A stretch of DNA of 64,000 nt from an uncultured Ruminococcus sp. (lineage in GTDB: Bacteria; Bacillota; Clostridia; Oscillospirales; CAG-272), in NCBI GenBank assembly GCA_964590755.1, contig CAZPYK010000003.1, positions 3,382 through 67,381 on the forward strand, in the 5' to 3' direction. Made by a program: the position numbers and the translations under genes. Each line of letters starts with the position of its first letter. Positions within the stretch are counted from its first letter, which is position 1. Of the stretch, positions 1-10,341 are shown piece by piece. The notes below the pieces were generated by a model. That model was not told the origin of the DNA and did no database searches. It was given only the letters and a program-made list of their open reading frames with translations.

Positions 1-1
1 A

Positions 2-1000
2 CCGCGCGAGCGTCTCATCACCGCGCCCGCCAGCACTACGCTGAAGGATGCGAATGATATAATATGGGACAATAAGCTCAACGCTTTGCCCATCGTTGAC
101 GATGAGGACAGGCTTTGCTATTTCGTGTTTAGGAAGGACTATTCCGAGCACAAGGAAAATCCGCTCGAATTGCTCGACGGTCAGAAGCGCTTTATGGTCG
201 GCGCCGGTATAAACACGCGCGACTACGCAGAGCGCGTGCCCGCACTGGTAGAAGCGGGAGCCGATGTGCTTTGTATAGACGCCTCCGAGGGCTATACCTG
301 TTGGCAGAAGCAAACGCTTGACTTTATAAGAGCGCGCTACGGTGACAGCGTGAAGGTCGGTGGCGGCAATGTAGTGGACAGAGACGGTTTCCGCTTTCTT
401 GCGGAGGCGGGTGCCGATTTCGTTAAGGTCGGTATAGGCGGCGGTTCTATCTGCATAACGCGCGAGCAAAAGGGCATAGGAAGAGGTCAGGCAACGGCTC
501 TGATCGAGGTCTGTGCGGCTCGCGACGAGTATTTTGAAGAGACGGGCATATATATTCCGATCTGCTCGGACGGCGGCATAGTGCATGACTATCACATGAC
601 GCTGGCGCTTGCGATGGGGGCGGATTTTATAATGCTCGGCAGATATTTTGCTCGCTTTGATGAAAGCCCGACCAACCGCCTCTTCATCAACGGACAATAT
701 GTTAAGGAATATTGGGGCGAGGGCTCAAATCGCGCTCGCAACTGGCAAAGATACGATCTGGGCGGCAAAGGCGGCTTGAATTTCGAGGAGGGCGTGGATT
801 CCTATGTCGTTTACGCCGGTCCGCTGCATGACAATGTTGCCAAGAGCCTCTATAAGGTGAGATCGACGATGTGCAACTGCGGAGTTACCTCAATACCCGC
901 TCTGCACCGAGAAGCTCGTATGACGCTCGTGTCCTCTACAAGCATAGTTGAGGGCGGCTATCACGACGTTATACTGAAAACAGCGAACGGTAAGCTATGA
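2..1000 (+). CDS. IMP dehydrogenase/GMP reductase family protein, 5'-truncated by window edge
   Basis: The frame is open from base 2 ([38 protein letters not shown].., a CBS-like segment). It is followed by a TIM-barrel core with [15 protein letters not shown] and SDGGI motifs typical of the IMPDH family. Confidence 0.8.
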   Translation, partial: PRERLITAPASTTLKDANDIIWDNKLNALPIVDDEDRLCYFVFRKDYSEHKENPLELLDGQKRFMVGAGINTRDYAERVPALVEAGADVLCIDASEGYTCWQKQTLDFIRARYGDSVKVGGGNVVDRDGFRFLAEAGADFVKVGIGGGSICITREQKGIGRGQATALIEVCAARDEYFEETGIYIPICSDGGIVHDYHMTLALAMGADFIMLGRYFARFDESPTNRLFINGQYVKEYWGEGSNRARNWQRYDLGGKGGLNFEEGVDSYVVYAGPLHDNVAKSLYKVRSTMCNCGVTSIPALHREARMTLVSSTSIVEGGYHDVILKTANGKL

Positions 1001-1743
1001 GCGGCGGTACACATGAGGGACATCGCGCAAGGCTGAAGACGCGATTCTTAAAAGAGGGGCTCGATTCCTTCTGCGCGCATGAAGTCGTGGAGCTTTTGCT
1101 GTTTTATGCTATCCCGCAAAGGGATGTCAATGAAACAGCCCACAGGCTCATCGAGCGTTTCGGCTCGCTCCCGGGTGTGCTTGAAGCCGATATTGAAGAG
1201 CTTGAAAGCGTTGACGGAGTGGGGGCGCACGCAGCCACTATGCTCAAGCTGATGAGCGCTGTCACGCGCAGATATGAGATGGAGCGCGGCGGCGCGGAGC
1301 TGAGGTATACCTCGGCAAGGCAGATAGGCAAATATCTTGTTGATATGTACATAGGCATCACGGTCGAACGCTCGTATATTTTGCTGTTTGACAACGGCAT
1401 GAAGCTGCTTGACGTGATCAATGCGGGAGACGGAGTGCTTAATTCGGTGACGCTGTCATCGCGTATGGTGGTGGAAAATGCGTTCAAACGCAACGCATCC
1501 GTTGTTGTCATCGCGCATAATCACCCCAACGGTACCGTTCTGCCGTCGCGCGAGGATCTTGCCACTACCGTGCGATTGAAGCAGGTGTTGGAGAATTGCG
1601 GAGTCACTCTTCTTGAGCATTTTATCGTTTCGGGAAATTATTATAACGTTATAATGGGCAGGAACGGCGGGCAGACGGCGCTGTGCGGCGACATCGGCAT
1701 CAGCATGGAGGACTTTTACAAAGATGTTAATGCTTTCGATTGA
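997..1743 (+). CDS. radC: RadC-like JAB/JAMM domain protein (UPF0758)
   Basis: N-terminal HhH-like region ([48 protein letters not shown]). C-terminal JAMM motif HNHPNG and SRED. ATGA overlap with the upstream gene. Confidence 0.85.
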   Translation: MSGGTHEGHRARLKTRFLKEGLDSFCAHEVVELLLFYAIPQRDVNETAHRLIERFGSLPGVLEADIEELESVDGVGAHAATMLKLMSAVTRRYEMERGGAELRYTSARQIGKYLVDMYIGITVERSYILLFDNGMKLLDVINAGDGVLNSVTLSSRMVVENAFKRNASVVVIAHNHPNGTVLPSREDLATTVRLKQVLENCGVTLLEHFIVSGNYYNVIMGRNGGQTALCGDIGISMEDFYKDVNAFD

Positions 1744-1764
1744 ATTTTCGGAGCTGTGGCTGCC

Positions 1765-2358
1765 ATGGTATTGATAGTTGCCGATGATATCGGAGAGAGA
1801 CTTGAGCTTTACGACTTTCTCAAAAAGCGAGGCATCATAAGCCGAGCACCGTTTTCCGCGGAGGCGGCCGATGTCGTGGGAGCCGAAAGCTTCGCAGCGG
1901 TCGTGTTCTGCTCGAAGATCAGGCGCGACATTCTCGCGCTCCTTCCGCCCAACACGCTGTGTATCTGTGCGGCTGTGGCTTCGGAGGATTGCGAGCCGGG
2001 AATGATATGCTTTCCCGAGTTGCTTTCGGATGAGCTTGTCGACCTCTTGACGGATGTTGAGGGGATACGTCTCCCGTTGCGACGCGGTGAGGTGTGTCGC
2101 CGCGAGGATGGAATATACCAATCCGGGTATCCGCTGAAGCTGAGAGCGGGAGAACGGATAATGCTTGGTTATCTCATGGAGCGCGAAGAGGCTTCCGCCT
2201 CCGAACTTGAGGCGGTGTGCTCATGCGGTCGGCACCGAAAAAGTGCTTCGGATTATGTTTCGGCGATAGTGTCAAGGATAAATCGCAATGCGATGCATGT
2301 TGGAGGCAGAATGATAATCGACTTCGACGGTGAAAATTACCGTATAAGTATAAGCTAA
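1765..2358 (+). CDS. hypothetical protein, receiver-like N-terminus and possible OmpR/PhoB-like winged-helix C-terminus
   Basis: The 200-aa ORF fills the gap between radC and serS. The N-terminus LIVADDIGERLELYDFLKKRG resembles the start of a receiver domain. The C-terminus (LKLRAGERIMLGYLMEREEASASELEAV...YVSAIVSRINRN) resembles trans_reg_C. The start is uncertain (GTG 1756 or ATG 1765). Confidence 0.45.
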   Translation: MVLIVADDIGERLELYDFLKKRGIISRAPFSAEAADVVGAESFAAVVFCSKIRRDILALLPPNTLCICAAVASEDCEPGMICFPELLSDELVDLLTDVEGIRLPLRRGEVCRREDGIYQSGYPLKLRAGERIMLGYLMEREEASASELEAVCSCGRHRKSASDYVSAIVSRINRNAMHVGGRMIIDFDGENYRISIS

Positions 2359-2393
2359 AAATCGCCGGTGGCGCGATATGTGCGAAAAAAAGA

Positions 2394-2422
2394 TTGACTT
2401 TTTTCGATTTTCGTTATAAAAT
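2394..2422 (+). promoter_or_regulatory. sigma-A type promoter for serS (TTGACT-17-TAAAAT)
   Basis: TTGACT lies at 2394-2399 and TAAAAT at 2417-2422 with a 17-nt spacer, about 80 nt upstream of the serS ATG. Confidence 0.5.
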
Positions 2423-2504
2423 ATACGATATACATATTAAAGACCGTTTGAGCCCGTGCGGAGACGCCGCCGATCAAACAAAATCAAATGTACGGAGGGT
2501 GAAA

Positions 2505-3794
2505 ATGCTTGATATAAAATTTGTCAGGGAAAATCCCGACCTTGTGAAGCAGAACATCAAAAATAAATTTCAGGATCAAAAGCTGCCGCTCGTAGATGAA
2601 GTGATAGCTCTCGATGCGGAGAATCGCAAGACCATTCGTGAGGCAAGTGAGCTTCGCGCGGAGAAGAACCGCTGCTCAAAGCAGATCGGTGTGCTTATGG
2701 CGCACGGTCAAAGAGCGGAAGCGGAGGAGATGAAGAAAAAGGTCGCCGAAAGTGCGGCGCGCCTTGCCGAGCTTGAAAAGCTGGAGCCGGAGCTTGAGGC
2801 AAAGGTCAAAAAAATAATGATGCTGATTCCCAATATCATTGACCCCAGCGTGCCCATCGGACCGGATGACAGCTGCAACGTTGAGGTCGAGCGCTTCGGC
2901 GAGCCGACGGTACCGGATTTTGATATTCCTTACCACACCGAGATAATGGAAAGGCTTGCGGGCGTTGACATGGATTCCGCGGGAAGAGTATCCGGTAACG
3001 GATTTTACTATCTTATGGGCGACATTGCTCGCTTGCATTCCGCGGTGTTGGCATATGCGCGCGATTTTATGATAGAAAAGGGTTTTACCTATTGCATACC
3101 GCCCTTTATGATACACGGCAACGTCGTTGAGGGCGTTATGAGTCAAAACGACATGGATGCCATGATGTACAAGATCGAAGGGGAAGATCTGTATCTTATC
3201 GGAACCTCCGAGCATTCGATGATAGGCAAATTCATCGATCAGATCATTCCCGAAGCGTCCTTGCCGCAAACGCTTACCAGCTACAGTCCTTGCTTCCGTA
3301 AAGAAAAGGGAGCACACGGCATCGAGGAGCGCGGCGTCTATCGTATCCACCAGTTTGAAAAGCAGGAGATGATAGTCGTTTGCCGTCCGGAGGACAGCAT
3401 GGAATGGTATGAAAAGATGTGGCGTTATTCAGTCGAGCTCTTCCGCTCTATGGAAATACCGGTGCGTCAGCTTGAATGCTGCTCGGGAGATCTTGCCGAT
3501 CTTAAGGTCAAGTCCTGCGATATCGAGGCATGGTCGCCTCGCCAGCAGAAGTATTTCGAGGTCTGCTCCTGCTCAAACCTCGGAGATGCCCAGGCGCGTC
3601 GCTTGCGCATGAGAGTCAAGGGTGCCGACGGCAAAATGTATCTGCCGCATACACTCAACAACACCGTGGTCGCACCTCCGCGCATGCTGATAGCATTCCT
3701 TGAGAATCATCTGCTTGCCGACGGCAGCGTGACGATTCCCGAGGTGCTGCGTCCTTATATGGGCGGCAAAGAGATACTCGTTCCCCAAAAGTAA
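2505..3794 (+). CDS. serS: seryl-tRNA synthetase
   Basis: MLDIKFVRENPDLVKQNIKNKF.. with a coiled-coil arm and class II core (SYSPCFRKEKGAHG, YRIHQFEKQE, GDAQARRL). The GGAGGG RBS before ATG 2505 supports this start, so the upstream extension to 2394 was rejected. Confidence 0.95.
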   Translation: MLDIKFVRENPDLVKQNIKNKFQDQKLPLVDEVIALDAENRKTIREASELRAEKNRCSKQIGVLMAHGQRAEAEEMKKKVAESAARLAELEKLEPELEAKVKKIMMLIPNIIDPSVPIGPDDSCNVEVERFGEPTVPDFDIPYHTEIMERLAGVDMDSAGRVSGNGFYYLMGDIARLHSAVLAYARDFMIEKGFTYCIPPFMIHGNVVEGVMSQNDMDAMMYKIEGEDLYLIGTSEHSMIGKFIDQIIPEASLPQTLTSYSPCFRKEKGAHGIEERGVYRIHQFEKQEMIVVCRPEDSMEWYEKMWRYSVELFRSMEIPVRQLECCSGDLADLKVKSCDIEAWSPRQQKYFEVCSCSNLGDAQARRLRMRVKGADGKMYLPHTLNNTVVAPPRMLIAFLENHLLADGSVTIPEVLRPYMGGKEILVPQK

Positions 3795-3818
3795 GACAAT
3801 AATACAAAGATAAAAATA

Positions 3819-3861
3819 TATCGCCCAATGCTTTCGCTATCCGCAAAAGCATTGGGCGATA
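3819..3861. terminator. bidirectional hairpin between convergent serS and the THUMP methyltransferase gene
   Basis: The stem pairs ATCGCCCAATGCTT with AAGCATTGGGCGAT and sits between two convergent stop codons, flanked by A/T runs. Confidence 0.6.
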
Positions 3862-3871
3862 ATGTTTAGCG

Positions 3872-5011
3872 TTACCTATTAAGCGTGGGCTGTTTCTTGA
3901 AAAACTGATAGAGGAAGCAGGGGATCATGCCGTTATAAAGCTTGCGCACGGCGTCCGCGCGTCTGCCGTAAAGACGTTCGAAATACTCGCATGAGGTCAG
4001 CACGTATACCTGCCAGGGCTCCATTGCTCTGAAGGTCTTTCCCATATCGCGATAAAGTGCTTCGGCGTCTCTCATGCTCAGCATTCGCTCGCCGTAAGGC
4101 GGATTGCATATAAGAGTTCCGCGCCCGTCTGGCTTTTTGATCTTTGTCGCGTCTGCGGTATAGAATTCGATATGCTTTGAAACTCCCGCGCGTCGCGCGT
4201 TGGCTTTGGCTGTTGCAATGGCGTCGGGGTCTATGTCGGTGCCGCGAGCGCGAAAATCCGTGTCGGTGACGGCATTTTCCGCTTCGTTGCGGGCATCATC
4301 CCAGATGCTTGCGTTAAGTGCGGGGAATTTCTCTCCGGCGAAGGAGCGAAAAAGTCCGGGGGCGCGGTGCGTCATGAGCATAACACCCTCTATGGCTATC
4401 GTGCCGGATCCGCAAAACGGATCCCAGAGCAGGGTGTCCTCTCTCAGCCTTGAATTTATAACGAGCGCGGCCGCAAGTGTTTCGCGAAGCGGTGCCGCGT
4501 TTGCCTCGGGACGGTATCCGCGCTTGTGCAGTGCAACACCCGAGGTATCTATCATCAAATGCGCGATGTCTTTAAAGATGAAGAATTCGATCTGATATTT
4601 TATTCCCGTTTCGGGAAGCCGTAAAAGCCCGTATCTGCCGCCCAAACGGTCGGAAACGGCTTTTTTTATTATGCTTTGGCAGGCGGGTATTGAAGTCAGT
4701 GTGCTTTTTATGGCATGCCCCTTTACGGGGAAGGCGTCATCGCGTCCGATAAATGCTTCCCATTCGATGGCTTTGGTGCCCTCAAAGAGCGCATCGAAGC
4801 TTGGGGCATCAAATGAACCGAGAAGAATGTATATCCTTTCGGCGCAACGCAGGTTGATGTTGGCGCGGGCGCAATCGCGCGGTGTGCCGCGAAAGGTCAC
4901 TCTGCCGTCCATGGTGGACAGGCGTTCGACCCCGAGCGCGTCAAGCTCTGCTCCGAGCAGTTTTTCGAGCCCGAACAGGCAGGTGGCGACATATGTCAGC
5001 TTTTCTTCCAT
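3872..5011 (-). CDS. THUMP domain-containing class I SAM-dependent RNA methyltransferase (RlmK/L / YpsC-like)
   Basis: MEEKLTYVATCLFGLEKLLGAELDALG (THUMP N-terminus), the SAM motif DPFCGSGTIAIEG and the NPPYGERM motif. The start is set at M52 of the listed ORF, which has an AAGGAA RBS. Confidence 0.85.
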   Translation of the reverse strand: MEEKLTYVATCLFGLEKLLGAELDALGVERLSTMDGRVTFRGTPRDCARANINLRCAERIYILLGSFDAPSFDALFEGTKAIEWEAFIGRDDAFPVKGHAIKSTLTSIPACQSIIKKAVSDRLGGRYGLLRLPETGIKYQIEFFIFKDIAHLMIDTSGVALHKRGYRPEANAAPLRETLAAALVINSRLREDTLLWDPFCGSGTIAIEGVMLMTHRAPGLFRSFAGEKFPALNASIWDDARNEAENAVTDTDFRARGTDIDPDAIATAKANARRAGVSKHIEFYTADATKIKKPDGRGTLICNPPYGERMLSMRDAEALYRDMGKTFRAMEPWQVYVLTSCEYFERLYGRRADAVRKLYNGMIPCFLYQFFKKQPTLNR

Positions 5012-5178
5012 GGTTGTGATAGTTCCTTTACGTTTTTTGTTGATGGCGGTTTGGCGTCCCGGGCGTCTTTGGGCTGTCAAAGACGCGGAAACGCTTTTCG
5101 AAGATCTGTATTTCCGACCGAATACGGTGGATTTTTTAAACTTTTTTTGACCGGTGCGGCACATGCGTGATTTTTCGA

Positions 5179-5207
5179 TTGACAGCGCCGCTCTTGTGTG
5201 ATAAAAT
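5179..5207 (+). promoter_or_regulatory. sigma-A promoter (TTGACA-17-TAAAAT with TGn)
   Basis: TTGACA lies at 5179-5184, followed by a 17-nt spacer ending in TGA, then TAAAAT at 5202-5207, upstream of the cpsB-like gene. Confidence 0.5.
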
Positions 5208-5309
5208 ATGTAATAATACGATCGTTTTCAAAATAAAAAGAAGTCGCGGACGCGGTTTTTCGACAGCTCCGAAAAGCCGCATGTCAAAACGAAAGGGATG
5301 GTCACGATC

Positions 5310-6023
5310 ATGGCTGACAGCACGATATACATCGATTTTCATTCTCATATACTTCCGGGAGCCGATCACGGCGCCGAAACGTCGGAGGATTCTACAGCTT
5401 CAATGAATGAGCTCATCGGCCTCGGCGCGGGTGGCGCGGTGGCGACACCGCATTTTTATCCGGAGAACACGAGTGTGGAGCTTTTCAAGAAAAGGCGCGC
5501 CCGTGCCGTCGAGCACTTTAAGGAGACCTGCCTTTCGGAAAGGTGCCCGGTATACGTCGGTGCCGAGGTGGCTGTCTGTCGTTATCTTGAGCGCATGCCG
5601 GAGCTGGCGGAGCTCTGCATAGCAGGTACGAATGTTTTGTTGCTTGAAATGCCCTTCGCTCGGTGGACGGAGGAGATAATCAAGACGGTTGAAAGTATCC
5701 GCAAGCTGGGTTTTGAGGTGATCTTGGCTCACCCCGACAGATACGAGGAGCGTGGAGTGGAAGCGCTGTTCGAACGCGGATTTCGCGGTCAGCTGAACAT
5801 TGCATCATTGGCGACCAAAAATCCTTGGAGAAGACGGCGCCTCTTGCGCTGGGTCGACGACGGACACATACTTGCCATAGGTACGGATATACACAGACCG
5901 GAAGTGCGGGATGATCGCAATGCGTTCCCGCGCGGCATCGAGGTCCTCGGAGAGGACCGCCTTGCGATGCTGAAAATGTCAACAAGCGAGCTTTTAAAGG
6001 GCGCGAAGATATTATCGAGATAA
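5310..6023 (+). CDS. CpsB/CapC-family PHP-domain protein-tyrosine phosphatase (YwqE-like)
   Basis: IYIDFHSHILPGADHGAETSEDS...VATPHFY...ILAHPDRY...AIGTDIH is the metal-binding His/Asp pattern of the CpsB family. The start could be 5298 or 5310. Confidence 0.8.
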   Translation: MADSTIYIDFHSHILPGADHGAETSEDSTASMNELIGLGAGGAVATPHFYPENTSVELFKKRRARAVEHFKETCLSERCPVYVGAEVAVCRYLERMPELAELCIAGTNVLLLEMPFARWTEEIIKTVESIRKLGFEVILAHPDRYEERGVEALFERGFRGQLNIASLATKNPWRRRRLLRWVDDGHILAIGTDIHRPEVRDDRNAFPRGIEVLGEDRLAMLKMSTSELLKGAKILSR

Positions 6024-6039
6024 GGAGCGTGAGGCTGTA

Positions 6040-7449
6040 GTGCCGCTTTCGAAGAAAATAATTAAATGTCATAAGCTCGAAAGAACTGCGGCTTTTATGT
6101 TATGTGTTCTGTTGCTCGGGTGTGCTTTCTTCGGGTGTTCGGGCGATGCTTTCGGAAGCACGACCGATCCCGAATCGACGCCTGCGGTCATTGAGCCCGA
6201 AGCGAGCGGCGAGGCGACGACTGCACCGTCGGATATCACGATCGCGCTTGATGAGGGTATGACCGCGGAATCTGTCGCCGAAACAGAGAATGTGACCGAT
6301 GAGGCAACTCTCACAGAGGAGTTAAATCCGGTCACGGAGACAAAACGGTTGAGTTTTGCCGCGTGCGGGGATAACATCCTTTATCGCCCCGCCATCAGAG
6401 AGGCCGCCACGCGAGCGATCGAGGGTGGGCGAAAGTATAATTTTCGTCCGATCTATAAAAACGTCGAAGATATAATAGCCGACGCGGATATAGCGTTTAT
6501 CAATCAGGAAACGGTGATAGCGGGTGAGGAATACGGATATTCGGGATATCCCACCTTCAACAGTCCGTGTGACATAGCCGATGACCTTGTGGATATAGGC
6601 TTTGATGTCGTTTCACTTGCGAACAATCACATCTTGGATATGTGGGAATCGGGGCTTTTGAATACGCTGAATTATTGGCGTGAGCTGCCGGTCGCGACCG
6701 TTGGCGCGTATATCAACGCCGAGGATGCCTCGGAACTTCGTATAGTCGAACGTGACGGCGTGAAGGTAGCCTTTTTGGCGTACACATACGGCGCGAACGG
6801 CAGACGTCTCGGTTCCGATTCGGAGCTTGTGATATCCTTTTATCGCGAGCAGGATCCGTACTCCGCAAATTACGGTGAGATATTCAAAGAAAAGCTGATC
6901 TCCGAGGTGAGTGCGGCAAAGGCGGCGGCGGATGTTGTCGTCGTGTCGATCCACTGGGGCAGAGAGGATACGCAGGTCATCACCGACGAACAGCGTGAAC
7001 TTGCCGTGCTTTTGTGCGACGCGGGAGCGGATGTCATATTGGGGCATCATCCGCACGTGCTGCAATCGATGGAGTATATTCAAAGCACCAACGGAGATCA
7101 CACGGCTTTTTGTGCATATTCGCTCGGCAACTTTCTCGGAATGCAAGGCTATGATCACAATGCGCTGGGCGGAATACTGACCTTTGAACTGTGTGTGGAT
7201 GCGGACGGTGTTCGCGTGGAGAATGTCAAGTTCATTCCCACCGTGAGCTATTTCAATGTTAACTATCTGGAAAATGAGATATATCTTTTTTCCGAGTTTA
7301 CCGATGAGCTTTGTGCCTCGCACTGTGTCGTGCGACGCGGAGGTGACGGTACCTTCGGGGGCAGAATGAGCATGGCGTCATTGACGAATATCTTGAAAAA
7401 TGCGATCAAGGTCGACTTTTTGCCGGATGCGCTGAAGAACTTGTACTGA
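6040..7449 (+). CDS. CapA-family (PGA_cap metallophosphatase) lipoprotein
   Basis: Signal/lipobox LLLGCAFFGCSG, then a Thr/Glu-rich linker, then a CapA core (FAACGDNILY, DIAFINQET, SLANNHILD, VVVSIHWG, ILGHHPHVLQ). Confidence 0.8.
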   Translation: MPLSKKIIKCHKLERTAAFMLCVLLLGCAFFGCSGDAFGSTTDPESTPAVIEPEASGEATTAPSDITIALDEGMTAESVAETENVTDEATLTEELNPVTETKRLSFAACGDNILYRPAIREAATRAIEGGRKYNFRPIYKNVEDIIADADIAFINQETVIAGEEYGYSGYPTFNSPCDIADDLVDIGFDVVSLANNHILDMWESGLLNTLNYWRELPVATVGAYINAEDASELRIVERDGVKVAFLAYTYGANGRRLGSDSELVISFYREQDPYSANYGEIFKEKLISEVSAAKAAADVVVVSIHWGREDTQVITDEQRELAVLLCDAGADVILGHHPHVLQSMEYIQSTNGDHTAFCAYSLGNFLGMQGYDHNALGGILTFELCVDADGVRVENVKFIPTVSYFNVNYLENEIYLFSEFTDELCASHCVVRRGGDGTFGGRMSMASLTNILKNAIKVDFLPDALKNLY

Positions 7450-7476
7450 CAAACAAGCCATTTCCGGCTGTTTTAT

Positions 7477-7517
7477 ATTGGGACTGTAAAAAACGTAATG
7501 TTTTTTACAGCCCCAAT
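7477..7517. terminator. bidirectional terminator hairpin (capA / alaS)
   Basis: ATTGGGACTGTAAAAAAC-GTAAT-GTTTTTTACAGCCCCAAT forms a ~17-bp stem with one mismatch between the convergent genes. Confidence 0.6.
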
Positions 7518-7539
7518 ATGTTTGCATGCATTCTTCCGT

Positions 7540-10152
7540 TTATTTGCCCGCGGAGGCGAGAGCCGCATCCGCCTTGGACAAATCGGGGGCGCCTGCCATG
7601 GCGGAATCGGGACGTCCGCCGCCCTTGCCGCCGGCAACCGCCGCCACGGCGGAGACCAGCTTGCCGGCGTGTGCGCCGTTTTTGACCGCCTCTGCGCCCG
7701 CGGCGCAGACGAAGTTCAGCTTGCCCTCGAATATTACAGCCAGTATGGCAACGGTATCCGGGTGAGAAACCTTTATTTCGTCCGCAAGCGTTCTTGCCGT
7801 TGCAACGTTCATGCCCTCAAGCTTTCCGCGCACCAGCTTGTATCCGCCCATGTCGACCGAGTTGTTCAGTATCGAATCAAGCTTTGATGCGGCAAGCTTA
7901 GAGCTTAGCGATTCTATCTCGCGTTTGAGTTCCTTTATTTCGCTCATTACCGCCGCGCCTCGCTTCGGCAGTTCTGCGATATTTTGAGCCTTTATCTCCC
8001 TTGCGGTCTCGGCGAGCAGCTTATCGCGCGAGCTGATAAGACGCATGACTTCCATGCCGGTAACGGCTTCGATTCGGCGCACGCCCGCCGCCACCGATGT
8101 CTCGGCGGTGATCTTAAACAGACCTATCTGACCGGTGGAGGAACAGTGCGTACCTCCGCAAAGCTCGGTGGAAAAGTCGCCCATCTTGACCATGCGCACT
8201 ACCTTGCCGTATTTTTCGCCGAAGAGAGCCATGGCTCCGTTCTTTTTGGCGGTCTCGATATCGGTCTCGACCGTTACGATCTTATTATCGGCAAGTATGA
8301 AGGAGTTGACGATATTCTCGACCATTGCAATTTCTTTTTCGGTGAGAGCTTGGAAGTGGGTGAAGTCAAAGCGGCATACGTCCTCTGAGACAAAAGAGCC
8401 TGCCTGTTCGACATGGTCGCCGAGCAAACGGCGCAGCGCCGCCTGCAACAGGTGCGCGGCGGAATGGTTGCGCATTATCGCCTGACGGCGAAGATCGGCA
8501 ATGTCAGCGGTAACGGTGTCCTCGACATTCAAAACGCCCTCGGCAACGGTGCAAAGGTGCAGATATACTCCGTCCTTCTTTTTGGTGTCGTAGACATTCA
8601 GCAAAACGCCGTCGCGGTAGATGGTGCCGCAGTCTCCGACCTGTCCGCCGCCCTCGCCGTAGAAGGGCGTTTTGTCAAGTACGACGGTGCAGTTGCCCTC
8701 GGATACCGTTTCGACGGAATCGTCGTCGGCGATGATGGCAAGCACGCGCGCGTCTTTGGTGCGATAGCTTTCGTAGCCCGCAAATTTCGTCTTTGGCAGG
8801 TCGGAGATGAGCGAGCCCTGAGAATCGGACCAACCGGAAATGTTGGCGCGCGCCTCTCTTGCGCGTGCCTTTTGGGCTTTCATCAAACGTTCGAAGGTCG
8901 CCTCATCCACATGGAGATGCGCCTCCTCGGCTATCTCCTTGGTGAGATCGATGGGGAAGCCGAATGTATCGTAAAGCTTAAATACCTCTTCGCCCGAGAT
9001 GGTGTCGGCATTGTGATCGAGCGCGCCGTGAATTAAGTCGGAGAGAATGGCAAGTCCGGCATCGATCGTTGCGTCAAAGCGGTCCTCTTCGATGGAGAGC
9101 ACCTTTTTGATGTAATCGCGCTTGGCGGTGAGCTCGGGATAGGCACCGCAGCTCTCGCCTATGGCGACTTCGACCACATCGGTAAGGAAGGGGTGGTCGA
9201 TTCCGAGCAGCTTGCCATGGCGGCAGGCACGACGAATTATGCGGCGCAACACATATCCGCGCCCTTCGTTTGAAGGAATAACACCGTCGGATATCATAAA
9301 CATTGCCGAACGGGTGTGGTCGGTTATGACGCGAATGGATATGTCGTTGTTTTTGTCGTTGCCGTAGGTCTTTCCGGCTATGTCGCAGACGGTGTCAAGC
9401 ACGCGTCTTATCGTGTCGACCTCGAACATGTTGTCAACGCCCTGCATTACGCAGGCAAGACGCTCAAGTCCCATGCCGGTGTCGATATTCTTTTGCTTAA
9501 GCTCGGAATAATTGCCGTGACCGTCGTTGTCAAACTGAGAGAACACGTTGTTCCAGATCTCCATGTAACGGTCGCAATCGCAGCCGGGGCGGCAGTCCGG
9601 CTTGCCGCAGCCGTATTTTTCGCCGCGGTCGAAGTATATCTCCGAGCAAGGACCGCAGGGGCCCGAGCCGTGTTCCCAAAAGTTGTCCTCTTTGCCGAGT
9701 CGAACTATATGCTCGGCGGGCACGCCGATCTTATCGCGCCAAATGGCGTAGGCCTCATCGTCGTTTTCGTATATCGAGGGCCAAAGCAGGTCTGAGGGTA
9801 TCTCCATAACCTCGGTGAGAAATTCCCAAGCCCAGGTGATGGCTTGCTCTTTGAAATAATCGCCGAATGAAAAGTTTCCGAGCATCTCAAAAAAGGTTCC
9901 GTGACGCGCGGTGTGTCCCACGCGGTCGAGGTCGGGAGTGCGGATGCATTTTTGGCAGGTGGTGACACGGTGACGCGGAGGCTCCTCCTCGCCCGTGAAA
10001 TATTTTTTCATCGGAGCCATGCCGGAGTTGATCAGCAAAAGGCTCTTGTCGTTGTGAGGTATGAGCGGGAAGGATGGCAAACGCAGATGTCCCTTTGATT
10101 CAAAAAATGAAAGGTATTTCTCGCGTATGTCATTTAAAGAAGTCCATTCCAT
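7540..10152 (-). CDS. alaS: alanyl-tRNA synthetase
   Basis: An 870-aa ORF with MEWTSLNDIREKYLSFFESKGHLRLPSF, FTNSGM-like NSGMAP, a catalytic, editing and C-Ala domain order, and HSAAHLL / CGGTHC editing-domain motifs. Confidence 0.97.
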   Translation of the reverse strand: MEWTSLNDIREKYLSFFESKGHLRLPSFPLIPHNDKSLLLINSGMAPMKKYFTGEEEPPRHRVTTCQKCIRTPDLDRVGHTARHGTFFEMLGNFSFGDYFKEQAITWAWEFLTEVMEIPSDLLWPSIYENDDEAYAIWRDKIGVPAEHIVRLGKEDNFWEHGSGPCGPCSEIYFDRGEKYGCGKPDCRPGCDCDRYMEIWNNVFSQFDNDGHGNYSELKQKNIDTGMGLERLACVMQGVDNMFEVDTIRRVLDTVCDIAGKTYGNDKNNDISIRVITDHTRSAMFMISDGVIPSNEGRGYVLRRIIRRACRHGKLLGIDHPFLTDVVEVAIGESCGAYPELTAKRDYIKKVLSIEEDRFDATIDAGLAILSDLIHGALDHNADTISGEEVFKLYDTFGFPIDLTKEIAEEAHLHVDEATFERLMKAQKARAREARANISGWSDSQGSLISDLPKTKFAGYESYRTKDARVLAIIADDDSVETVSEGNCTVVLDKTPFYGEGGGQVGDCGTIYRDGVLLNVYDTKKKDGVYLHLCTVAEGVLNVEDTVTADIADLRRQAIMRNHSAAHLLQAALRRLLGDHVEQAGSFVSEDVCRFDFTHFQALTEKEIAMVENIVNSFILADNKIVTVETDIETAKKNGAMALFGEKYGKVVRMVKMGDFSTELCGGTHCSSTGQIGLFKITAETSVAAGVRRIEAVTGMEVMRLISSRDKLLAETAREIKAQNIAELPKRGAAVMSEIKELKREIESLSSKLAASKLDSILNNSVDMGGYKLVRGKLEGMNVATARTLADEIKVSHPDTVAILAVIFEGKLNFVCAAGAEAVKNGAHAGKLVSAVAAVAGGKGGGRPDSAMAGAPDLSKADAALASAGK

Positions 10153-10341
10153 GATTGTTATCCCTTTCGGATCGTTAATTGCGAATATTTCGCCTTATAA
10201 TAAATTAGTTATATTATATCACTCTGCACACGAAAAGTCAACACCGAGATACGAAACCGTCTTATTTTACGTTTTTGAGAGTCCGCCGGCGGATCTTGCG
10301 GCTTTTGTGCAAAAAATATGAACAAATTTGCAAAAACCTAT

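Noticed and set aside
2360-2504. T-box riboswitch leaders upstream of the aminoacyl-tRNA synthetase genes (serS 2360-2504, alaS 10153-10450 minus strand, asnS 43891-44060 minus strand).
   Set aside because: I looked for the conserved T-box sequence (AANNNGGGTGGTACCGCG) and a following terminator on the relevant strands and did not find them. The serS leader is also too short (~80 nt).
2394-2504. N-terminal extensions in the supplied ORF track: serS from 2394, the THUMP methyltransferase gene to 5164, the kinase from 11327, htrA from 12867, asnS to 44055, the aminotransferase to 42539, rimM from 51067, spo0A to 38670, and ptsH from 55685.
   Set aside because: In each case a downstream ATG is preceded by a good Shine-Dalgarno sequence and coincides with the conserved N-terminus of the family. 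The upstream extensions are basic low-complexity sequence, overlap promoters, or overlap the preceding gene.
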